From: Pecten maximus
Taxonomy: Eukaryota
Reading direction: 5' to 3'
Length of the DNA stretch: 64,000 nt
NCBI RefSeq assembly: GCF_902652985.1
Contig: NC_047015.1
Location: 50,778,001-50,842,000, forward strand
A program made the position numbers and the translations under genes. Of the stretch, positions 39,841 through 52,940 are shown piece by piece; position 1 is the first letter of the stretch; each line of letters begins with the position of its first letter. Below the pieces are notes generated by a model that did not search any database, was not told the DNA's origin, and was given only the letters and a program-made list of their open reading frames with translations.

Positions 39841-40224
39841 ACTTTTATACTTACGTATGTGTCTGTGTTTGATCTATCAATCGTTGGTCCGAAATTAAAT
39901 TAAACTTTGAAGGAGCGGACATTGTATACAACCTACTGCTGTGGACTTTAGTCCCCAATGTTTTAAAAATAACGAAAAGCTTTTAATTAGTGGCTACCAA
40001 ACCCCCCTCCCTCATGCAATGTATTCTGATATTTCGGAGTTACTAGTCTGTTTAGCGATGACTTGACAGCCGGTGGGGGCCGATAATAAGAAGGACAGGA
40101 TGCAGGTTAATTTAATCTTTGGCTGTACGATATATAACTCTCCATTCGCATTGAATGGTAATACATGTGATATGCTGTAGGTCTATTTTGTACAATTCTT
40201 ATATTACATGCAAGTATACACATA

Positions 40225-40614
40225 CGAGGGCTGATTGATAAGTTGTGAGCCTAATATTGAGAAGGATTTGAGTTTTGCCTGACATATTATTTTTCAACAT
40301 GATCCCCTTAAGTATCTATACGCTTTTTGCCAGCGGTGTTTAAGGGCCACAATGGCACTTTCATAGAACTCCTTTTCTTGGCTGGTCAGAAAGTTATCCA
40401 CTGCATGTTAGGGTTAGGGTGCCTGAAATAGCTGTCTGATGGAGCGAGATCAGGTGAATAAGGTGGATGCTCAATCAATTTAAAGCCACAATCGTGAATG
40501 GCAGCCATGGCAATGGCAGACTTTTTCACCCTAACCCTAACCGATTTTGTCCAGTTTGCAAAAGCCGGTTGTTTTGTTTACTTGAGAGGCTCACAACTTA
40601 TCAATCAGCCCTCG
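40225..40614 (-). mobile_element. Internally deleted mariner (Tc1/mariner) element, 390 bp
   Basis: Perfect 28-bp TIRs (CGAGGGCTGATTGATAAGTTGTGAGCCT) and TA TSDs at 40223-24 and 40615-16. The minus strand encodes the mariner remnants AMAAIHDCGFKLIEHPPYSPDLAPSD and FYESAIVALKHRWQK. Confidence 0.95.
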
Positions 40615-41072
40615 TATATCCACATTGCTTACGTCCAATATATGTATGTTTTTACATGTATCACGATATATTGATATACATGTTTATTAACCTCAAAATA
40701 TTGATATCTATGGTGTAAATATACGTACCTAAATTGTACACAAATCGTCATCGTCATATCTAACTACAAAATGGAATTTATTTTTGCAGACCGCGAAAGG
40801 TTAATTTTTAGCAATATACTTTACATAAGACATTACTAGAAAGGGAAATCTTTCAATACATATTGAGAGTAATATGTAACTAATAAACCAAACAGCACCT
40901 GTCACTTTCTGTCAGTATTCATGGATGAAGCTACATTTCAGACTTTGAAAATAAACATTTCAACTAATGTTATTATTAACTTGTAAAGTTAGACAAAAAT
41001 GATATGACCGTCACACAATTTAAATGATATAAAATATCTTACCCAATAACAAACATGTATCCTTATCCGGGA

Positions 41073-41285
41073 GGGGCCGCGATGGCCGAACGGTAAAGGT
41101 GTCCTGACATTTTATCACTGGGCTGCGAGTTCGAAACACACATGGGACAGTTGCCTGGTACTGACCGTAGGCCGGTGGTTTTTCTCTGGGTACTCCGGCT
41201 TTCCTCCTCCTCCAAAACCTGGTACGTCCTGAAATGACACTGGCTGTTGATAGGACGTTAAACAAAATAACCCAAATAAACCAAA
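41073..41285 (+). mobile_element. tRNA-derived SINE with a V-domain-like core
   Basis: A box TGGCCGAACGG, B box GTTCGAAAC, core GGTTTTTCTCTGGGTACTCCGGCTTTCCTCC resembling the V-SINE domain, and an (AAATAA..CC)-type tail. Confidence 0.85.
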
Positions 41286-41733
41286 TGTTCTCGGTAGGGG
41301 TCGAAGAATAAACCTGTTATCTTCCCCTGAGGTTACATTTGACCGATGCCCATCCGAATTCAGTCTCGACCTGTCCGCTTTGACTATTACAATATTTTAT
41401 TAACCAAAACTGGAAAATAGCATTTGGCAGAAGTTTCTACAACGTATGAAGTCATCTCCCTACAAAAATAATTCAACAATAGATGATATTATATATATAT
41501 ATGTAGTTACAGTTCATATTAGTACATGTATGATTAAGTTTGCATTGTTTTTTTGGAAAAAAATTTCATACCTCTATGAAAAAAAATCCGAAAATGGCGC
41601 GAAAAATGTTACGTCACAATACAGCCATTGGCGTTGCGTATTGATTTGTGAAAAATAATCCCTTTTAATATCAGTTAATTATTCGTAAAACATGTTTGTT
41701 TTATATTTAATTAATTTCCAAAATTAGTTATAT

Positions 41734-41860
41734 GCATTGATGTCAATTATTTTTAAGTTTAATAGGGTTATGAAAAAAAAATGGTTGCAAACTTTTGTAA
41801 GAATCCCTACGCTGATTTTTTCATACCCCAATAAACTATTTAAAAAGATGACATAAATGC
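41734..41860. repeat. Imperfect inverted repeat/hairpin (~44-bp arms), probably part of a non-autonomous DNA element
   Basis: gcattgatgtcaattatttttaagtttaatagggttatgaaaaaa versus the reverse complement of ttttttcataccccaataaactatttaaaaagatgacataaatgc. Confidence 0.7.
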
Positions 41861-42156
41861 TTAAATGTAGCGATTCTTACAGATACATAGACAACAGAAA
41901 TATTTTAAAGTCAAGTTCATATCGAACATGTTGAAATCTTCTTCTGGATCTAATAAAAGTTTGCGGTTGTTTGAATACATCAGAATTTGTATCCAAAACT
42001 ATATTTTTATTTAAAAACTATAATATTCTTGACGTCATAAGCACACTAAAAAAATGATAATGGAAGTTTCGCGTGAAACTTTGGACTTCATTGTGACAAA
42101 ATCAATCGTTTTAGAAATATCGAGCGTTTTTAGCAAATGATACCTACAAAATGTTG

Positions 42157-42782
42157 TTTTCTCACAACACGTGCAGATTTCGCGCGCGCTGGTAAGTCAA
42201 ATGTCAAATGTATTTTCTCGATATTCATTATTTGAACATTTTCTTTTCTTTCAAATAATTTTGTTCGTAGATTATAAAAACAAAATCAAGACGTCTTACA
42301 AGAGTTATTTCCCTTTAAACACGATATCGGTCTCCTAGTCGGAAAGAACTCGGGCTTTTTCTGATCGAACGTTATTGACAATATCGAATGGTTCCGTTGT
42401 GCATTCAGGCAGTCGAACTTGATGGTATTTACTGGTACGTATCTTTTAATTTTAAAAGAATGCAACCGAAAATTTGATAAATGTAGAACCTTATAACAAC
42501 TGGCATTCAATGTCACCTGTATAACTAGACCCTACATATGAATCTACTTGTGGTACATATTACATCACAAATTTCATGGTCAGAACTCAAACAACATGGT
42601 CAAACGACATATTAAATGCTCAAACAACACATTATATGTTCAAACGGCACATTAAATGCTCACACAACAAATTACATGGTCGAACAACACATTACACGGC
42701 AACACAACACGTTATATTGTAACCGGGTGTACTTAGTATACAATGTCACAAGCGCGCGGAATCTGCACGTGTTGTGAGAAAA
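42157..42782. repeat. 31-bp inverted repeat pair (42157-42187 and 42752-42782) enclosing degenerate 20-mers
   Basis: ttttctcacaacacgtgcagatt(t/c)cgcgcgc, 30/31 identical in inverted orientation. Confidence 0.85.
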
Positions 42783-43080
42783 TTGTATAAACGCGGGAGA
42801 GCACGTGTGGTAGTCTCGACACCTGTCACATTCCCTCCATACCTGTCACTTCGCACCTGACCGACACGCGGTGTCAATCGTACTAATCCTGTGGTTCACT
42901 GGTAAGTATTCGTAGTAATTAATTGATCTGTGATATTTTCTATACTTCTAAGTTTTCAGGTTTCTATTTCTACATATATCATCGTCCGAAAGACCCACTG
43001 GCTACAATATGCTCACTAAATATATTATATATGTTCATACAGCAAATTTTATACTTATACAACATATAACATGGTAGCAA

Positions 43081-46000
43081 GACACATCATGTAGTCACAC
43101 AACACATTACATGGTCAACTGACACAATGCATAGTCACACAACACATCACATAGTCACACAACACATCACATAGTCACACAACACATCACATAGTCACAC
43201 AACATATTACATAGTCACACGACACATTACATAGTCACAAAACACATTTCATAGTCACACAACACATTACATAGTCATACAACACATTGCATGGTCACAC
43301 AACACATACTATAGTCACACAACACATTACATAGTCACACAACATATATCATAGTCACACGACACATTACCTAGTCACACAACGCATAATATAGTCACAC
43401 ATCACATTATATAGTCACACAACACATTACATAGTCACACAACACATAATATAGTCACACAGCACATAACATAGTCACGCATCACATTACATAGTCACAC
43501 AACATATTACATAGTCACACATCACATAATATAGTCACACAACACATAATATAGTCACACAACGCATCACATAGTCACACAACATATTACATAGTCACAC
43601 GACACATTACATAGTCACACAACACATTACATTGTTACACAACACATTACATAGTCACACAACATATTAAATAGTCACACAACATATAACAAAGTCATAC
43701 AACTCATTACATAGTCACACAACACATACATATCTCACACATAACGTCCACAATACATACGTAAAACACATAACTCACAAAGCTATACATAGTCATACAA
43801 CACTAACATAGCACACAACTTCCTCAACTCTATTCTTCCACAACATAATAGTCAACCACATTACAGCACACAACACATAACTAGTCACCAATACTTTATA
43901 GTCACACAGCACATACATAGTAAACAATTACAGTCCCGACACATAACAAGTACCATACTTTATGTCACACACATTACTTTCACAGACACTTTCATATTCC
44001 CAAACTTACTGTCCACACCATTAATAGTACACACTGTTAGTCACAGCCATACTGTCACAACAATCATATCCACACCAAACTAGTCAACGACACATTACAT
44101 AACACCCCGACATATAAGTCCACGCAATCATATCCACAAACTTCATAGTCCACACCACACAAATCACAGAACACTTGCAAGTCAACAACATATATACCAG
44201 AACATATATGTCCACACAACACATTACATAGTCACACAACACATAACATAGTCACACAACACATAACATAGTCACACAACACATTACATAGTCACACAAC
44301 ACATTACATAGTCACACATCATATTACATAGTCACACGAAACATTACATAGTTATACAACATATTACATAGACACACAACACATAACATAGTCACACAAC
44401 ACATAACATAGTCACACAACACATAACATAGTCACACAGCGGATTACATAGTCACACGACACATAACATACAAAATGTAGTCACACAACATATTACATAG
44501 TCACACAACACATAAAATGGTCACACGACACATCTCATTTTCACATCACACATTACATAGTCACACAACATATATCATAGTCACACGACACATTACCTAG
44601 TCACACGACACATTACATAGTCACACAACACATTACATTGTCACACAACACATTACATAGTCACACAACATATTAAATAGTCACACAACATATAACAAAG
44701 TCATACAACTCATTACATAGTCACACAACACATTACATAGCCACACAACATATTAAATAGTCACACAACACATAACAAAGTCATACAACACATTACATAG
44801 TCACACAACACATAACATAGTCACACAACATATTAAATAGTCACACAACACATTACATGGTCACACAACACATTACATAGTCAAACAACATATTACATAG
44901 TCACACAACACATTACATAGTCACACAATACATTACATAGTAACATACCACATTATATAGTCACACGACACACTATATAGTCACACAGCACATAACATAG
45001 TCACATGACACATTACATAGTCACACAACACATTACATAATCACACGACACATTATGTAGTCACACGACACATTACATAGTCACACAACACATTACATAG
45101 TCACACGAAACATTACATAGTCATACAACACATTTCATAGTCATACAACACATTTCATAGTCATATAACACATTACATAGTCATACAACACATAACATAG
45201 TCACACAATACATTACAGTCACAACACATAACATAGTCACAAAGCATATTACATAGTCATACAACACATAACATAGTCACACAATACATTCCAGTCACAC
45301 ATCATATTACATAGTCACACGAAACATTACATAGTCATACAACACATTACATAGTCACACAACACATAACATAGTCACACAATACATTATATAGTCACAC
45401 AGCACATTACATAGTCACATGACACATTACATAGTCACACGACACATAACATAGTCACACAATACATTATATAGTCACACAGCACATTACATATTCACAT
45501 GACACATTACATATTCACACAACACATTACATAGTCACACGACACATTACATAGTCACACGACACATTATATAGTCACACAGCACATTACATAGTCACAT
45601 GACACATTACATAGTCACACAACACATAACATAGTCACACGACACATTACATAATCACACGACACATTATATAGTCACACAGCACATTACATAGTCACAC
45701 GAAACATTACATAGTCACACAACACATCACAAAGTCACAGAACACATTGCATAGTCACACAACATATTACATAGTCACACGAAACATAATATAGTCACAC
45801 AACATATTACATAGTCACACGAAACATTACATAGTTATACAACATATTACATAGTCACACAACACATAACATAGTCACACAACACATAACATAGTCACAC
45901 AACACATAACATAGTCACACAACACATAACATAGTCACACAGCGGATTACATAGTCACACGACACATAACATACAAAATGTAGTCACACAACATATTACA

Positions 46001-49000
46001 TAGTCACACAACACATAAAATGGTCACACGACACATCTCATTTTCACATCACACATTACATAGTCACACAACATATATCATAGTCACACGACACATTACC
46101 TAGTCACACGACACATTACATAGTCACACAACACATTACATTGTCACACAACACATTACATAGTCACACAACATATTAAATAGTCACACAACATATAACA
46201 AAGTCATACAACTCATTACATAGTCACACAACACATTACATAGCCACACAACATATTAAATAGTCACACAACACATAACAAAGTCATACAACACATTACA
46301 TAGTCACACAACACATAACATAGTCACACAACATATTAAATAGTCACACAACACATTACATGGTCACACAACACATTACATAGTCAAACAACATATTACA
46401 TAGTCACACAACACATTACATAGTCACACAATACATTACATAGTAACATACCACATTATATAGTCACACGACACATTATATAGTCACACAGCACATTACA
46501 TAGTCACATGACACATTACATAGTCACACAACACATTACATAATCACACGACACATTATGTAGTCACACGACACATTACATAGTCACACAACACATTACA
46601 TAGTCACACGAAACATTACATAGTCATACAACACATTTCATAGTCATACAACACATTTCATAGTCATATAACACATTACATAGTCATACAACACATAACA
46701 TAGTCACACAATACATTACAGTCACAACACATAACATAGTCACAAAGCATATTACATAGTCACACAACACATTACATAGTCATACAACACATAACATAGT
46801 CACACAATACATTCCAGTCACACATCATATTACATAGTCACACGAAACATTACATAGTCATACAACACATTACATAGTCACACAACACATAACATAGTCA
46901 CACGACACATTACATAGTCACACGACACATTATATAGTCACACAGCACATTACATAGTCACATGACACATTACATAGTCACACAACACATAACATAGTCA
47001 CACGACACATTACATAATCACACGACACATTATATAGTCACACAGCACATTACATAGTCACACGAAACATTACATAGTCACACAACACATCACATAGTCA
47101 CAGAACACATTGCATAGTCACACAACATATTACATAGTCACACGAAACATAACATAGTCACACAACACATTACATAGTCACACGAAACATGACATAGTCA
47201 TACAACACATTTCATAGTCATATAACACATTACATAGTCATACAACACATAACATAGTCACACAATACATTACAGTCACAACACATAACATAGTCACACA
47301 ACACATTACATCGTCACACAACACATTACATAGTAACATACCACATTATATAGTCACACAACACATTACACAGTCACACAACACATTTTATAGTCACACA
47401 ATCCATTACATAGTCACAAAACACATAACATAGTCACACAACACATTACATAGTCACACAGCAGATTACATAGTGCCACAACACATTACATAGTTACATA
47501 GCGGATTACATAGTCACACGACACATAACATAGTCACACAACATATTACATAGTCACACAACATATTACATAGTCACACAACACATAGAATGGTCACACG
47601 ACACATCTAATTTTCACATCACACATTACATAGTCACACAACATATATCATAGTAACACGACACATTACCTATTCACACGACACATTACATAGTCACACA
47701 ACACATTAAATTGTCACACAACACATTACATAGTCACACAACATATTAAATAGTCACACAACATATAACAAAGTCATACAACTCATTACATAGTCACACA
47801 ACACATTACATAGCCACACAACATATTAAATAGTCACACAACACATTACATAGTCACACAACACATTACATAGTCACACAACACATTACATAGTCACACA
47901 ACATATTAAATAGTCACGCAACACATTACATGGTCACACAACACATTACATAGTCAAACAACATATTACATAGTCACACAACACATTACATAGTCACACG
48001 ACACAATATAAAGTCACACAGCACATTACATAATCACACGACACATTATATAGTCACACGACACATTACATAGTCACACAACACATTACATAGTCACACG
48101 AAACATTACATAGTCATACAACACATTTCATAGTCATATAACACATTACATAGTCATACAACACATAACATAGTCACACAATACATTACAGTCACAACAC
48201 ATAACATAGTCACACAACACATTACATAGTCACACAACACATAACATAGTCACACAATACATTCCAGTCACACATCATATTACATAGTCACACGAAACAT
48301 TACATAGTCATACAACACATTACATAGTCACACAGCACATTACATAGTCACATGACACATTACATAGTCACACAACACATTACATAGTCACACGACACAT
48401 TACATAATCACACGACACATTATATAGTCACACAGCACATAACATAGTCACACAACACATTACATAGTCACACAACACATTACATAGTCACACAACATAT
48501 TACATAGTCACATAACACATAACATAATCACACAACACATTACATAGTCACACAACACATTACATGGTCACACAACACATTAAATAGTCACACTACATAT
48601 TACATAGTCACAACACATTACATGGTCACACAACACATAACATAGTCAACAACACATTAAATAGTCACACAACACATTACATAGTCATACAACACATTAC
48701 ATAGTCACACAACACATTACATAGTCACACAACACATTACAAGGTCACACAATACATAGTCACACAACACATTACATAGTCACACAACATATTACATAGT
48801 CACACGACACATTACATAGTCACACAACACATTACATAGTCACAGGACACATTACATAATCACACGACCCCATTATATGCCCACAAGCACATAACATATT
48901 TCACAAAAAACACATTACAGGTCACACAACACATTACATAGTCACACAACATATTACATAGTCACACAGCACATTACATAGTCACACAACACATTACATA

Positions 49001-50527
49001 GTCATACAACACATTACATAGTCACACAACACATTATATAGTCACACAGCATATTACATAGTCACACAACACATTACATGGTCACACAACACATTACATA
49101 GTCACACAACACATTACATAGTCACACAACACATATTACATAGTCACACGACACATTATATAGTCACACAGCACATGACATAATCACACGACACATTATA
49201 TAGTCACACAGCTAATTACATAGTCACACAACACATAACATAGTCACACAATACATTACATAGTCACACTACACATTACAAGATCACACAACACATTACA
49301 TAGTCACACGAAACTTTACATAGTCACACAGCACATCACATAGTCACACAACACATTGCATAGTCACACAACATATGACATAGTCACACGAAACATAACA
49401 TAGTCACACAACACATTACATAGTCACACGAAACATTACATAGTCATACAACACATTCCATAGTCATATAACACATTACATAGTCATACAACACATAACA
49501 TAGTCACACAATACATTCCAGTCACACATCATATTACATAGTCACACGAAACATTACATAGTTATACAACATATTACATAGTCACACAACACATAACATA
49601 GTCACACAGCACATTACATAGTCACATGACACATTACATAGTCACACAACACATTACATAGTCACACGACACATTATATAGTCACACGACACATTATATA
49701 GTCACACAGCACATTACATAGTCACACAACACATTACATAGTCACACGACACATTACATAATCACACGACACATTATATAGTCACACAGCACATGACATA
49801 ATCACACGACACATTATATAGTCACACAGCACATTACATAATCACACGACACATTATATAGTCACACAGCACATTACATAGTCATATAACACATCACATA
49901 GTCATACAACACATAACATAGTCACACAATACATTCCAGTCACACATCATATTACATAGTCACACGAAACATTACATAGTCATACAACATATTACATAGT
50001 CACACGACACATTATATAGTCACACAGCACATTACATAGTCACATGACACATTACATAGTCACAAAACACATTACATGGTCACACGACACATTACATAAT
50101 CACACGACACATTATATAGTCACACAGCACATTATATAGTCACACAGCACATTACATAATCACACGACACATTATATAGTCACACAGCACATTACATAAT
50201 CACACGACACATTATATAGTCACACGACACATTACATAATCACATGACACATTACATAGTCACACGACACATTACATAGTCACACGACACATGACATAAT
50301 CACACGACACATTATATAGTCACACAGCACATGACATAATCACACGACACATTATATAGTCACACAGCACATTACATAATCACACGACACATTATATAGT
50401 CACACGACACATTACATAGTCACACAACACATTACATAGTCACATGACACATTACATTGTCATACAACACATTACATAGTCACACGACATATTACATAAT
50501 CATACAACACATTACATAGTCACATAA
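43081..50527. repeat. 20-bp satellite array, ~370 monomers (consensus ACATTACATAGTCACACAAC), with higher-order structure
   Basis: Visible 20-bp periodicity over 7.4 kb; diagnostic variant monomers recur at ~1.5-kb spacing. Confidence 0.98.
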
Positions 50528-51139
50528 CAGATAATGTCACCATTTTCCTTTTAAATTGTTGATGATCTTCATTTTTGTATTTTGTCGTCTTCAGAACAAC
50601 AATAATAAAAGTATATCAACTTCGTTGTGTAAACAGACATTTACATTGAGCTTAAGTTCTTTAACCCGGAAGAGAATTCACTAATAATATTGCCAATTCG
50701 CTGGATATTCGCCGTTTAGCGTTATTTCGACATTGTAATATGTATTTTTTCCAAAAAAAATAACAAACTTTTATTTGCGTCCCTTAAGTGGTAATTTTAG
50801 ATTCAAACATAATAATAATAATTTTGATCAAAATATATATCAAAATACAAAAGAAAATTATACTCTTATCTGTATAATAGGCCGTATTTAATGTTCTTGC
50901 ACTACCGTGTTTGTCCATTTTACAATGATGGGATGCTATCTAGATGACAGATTTATATGGCCGAAAGAGTTATTTGATGAAAAAAACAGGTAACCATTGC
51001 TTCAGGTATGGAATGATACATGTATCTTGGCTTTTATTGTTATTTTATAGCAATTTAAATACTGATATTTCCATGTCTGCGTCAAGTTGACACGTAAATA
51101 AGTGCAGCGACCCCACAGAATGTATTTTACTTCCTCTTT

Positions 51140-51515
51140 TTCTATAGCCATATTACACCCCAAAACTATTACGCGAAACGGAGAAGAATTAGTCCGTTAG
51201 TTCGGTTCTTTATGGATGTATATTCACATCACATAGTTCTTTCTGACATTTCAATCATATTACTACGCAGAATGGAAAACTGATCCATTAAATGCGTTCT
51301 TTTCCTAAGATTAGTCACGATCAGTACTGCAACGCGAAATCGAGAAATAGTCCATAGGATGCGTCCGTTCTTTAGGCAAATCACGACCCAACTTACTACT
51401 CAGAATTATGAAATAGTCCATTGGTTTTGTCCTTTGTTTGGGCACATCTCAACCAAAACTACTACGCAGGAAGGCAAAATGGCCAAATGAACAAGTTCTC
51501 TTCACAGCCATATAA
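51140..51515. repeat. Highly degenerate ~65-bp tandem repeat
   Basis: Recurrent actactacgcagaa...aaatagtccatt units. Confidence 0.45.
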
Positions 51516-51584
51516 GAAATTTAGCCTGTTGTATCACAATATTTCCAGTAGCAACAGTTATATTAAGGACAAACATGATGAATT

Positions 51585-52940
51585 TCTGACTTAGGTGAGA
51601 ACAGTTATAGAAAAAAGAGGCCTGAAGTACCCCTTTGACTTCCGGTGACGAGAGTTATGGAAAGAACATACCTCAAGTATCCCCTGACTTCCGGTGACAA
51701 GTTATAGAAATAACAGAACTAATGTATCCCCTGACTTTCGTTGACATTAAAAATAAAAAGGACTGACCCAATGTACCACCTGACTTCCGGTGACAAGTTT
51801 TAGGAAAACATACTTCATGTATCCTCTTACTTCCAGTGACAATAGTTATAAAAACAAACCTCATGTTATCTCTGACTTCCGGTGACAGCAGTTATAAAAA
51901 GAACAGACCCAACGTATCACCTGACTTCCGGTGAGAAGTTATAGAAAAAACAGTACTCATGTATCCTCTGACTTCCGGTGACAATAGGTATATAAAAAGA
52001 AAATTCCTAATAAATCCCCTGACTTCCGGTGACAAATTATAGAAGGAACATACCTCGTATATCATCTGACTTCCGGTGACAATAGTTAAAGAAAGAACAT
52101 ACCGGAGGTGGCATTAGTTATAGAAAGAACATACCTCATATATCATCTGACTTCCGGTGACAATAGTTATAGAAAGAACATACCTCATATATCATCTGAC
52201 TTCGGTGATAAAAGTTATTGAAAGAACATACCTCATATATCATCTGACTTCCGGTGATAATAGTTATTGAAAGAACATACCTCATACATCATCTGACTTC
52301 CGGTGACAATAGTTAAAGAAAGAATATACCTCATATATCAGCTGACTTCCGGTGACAATAGTTATAGAAAGAACATACCTCAAATATCATCTGACTTCCG
52401 GTGGCAGTAGTTAGAAAGAACATAACTCATGTATCAACTGACTTCCGGAGACAATAGATATAGAAAGAACATATACCATCTGACTTCCGGTGACAATAGT
52501 TATAGAAAGAACATACCTCATATATCATCTGACTTCCGATGACAATATTTATAGAAAGAACATACCTCGTAAATCATCTGACTTCCGGTGATAATAGTTA
52601 TAGAAAGAACATACTTCATATATCATCTCACTTCCGGTGACAATATTTATTAAAAGAACATGCGTCATATATCATATTACTTCCGGTGATAATAGTTATA
52701 GAAAGAACATACTTCATATATCATCTCACTTCCGGTGACAATATTTATTAAAAGAACATGCGTCATATATCATATTACTTCCGGTGACAATAATTATAGA
52801 AAAAACATACCTCAAGTATCCCCTGACTCCTGTTTACAATTTATATGGGGGGGAAGAGAACTCATGTATTCTCTTACTTCCGGTGACAACAATTATAGAA
52901 GTAACAAGCCCCATGTATCACCAGACTTCTGGTGAAAAGT
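51585..52940. repeat. ~46-49-bp tandem array (~28 units) with a conserved TGACTTCCGGTGAC core
   Basis: Consensus tgacttccggtgacaatagttatagaaagaacatacctcatatatcatc; cores 49 bp apart (e.g. 52148 and 52197). Confidence 0.95.

Noticed and set aside
41073-41150. tRNA gene
   Set aside because: A and B boxes are present, but there is no complete cloverleaf and the sequence continues into a SINE body and tail.
51585-52940. CRISPR-like repeat/spacer array
   Set aside because: The spacers are homologous to each other, the context is eukaryotic and there are no cas genes; it is a tandem repeat.
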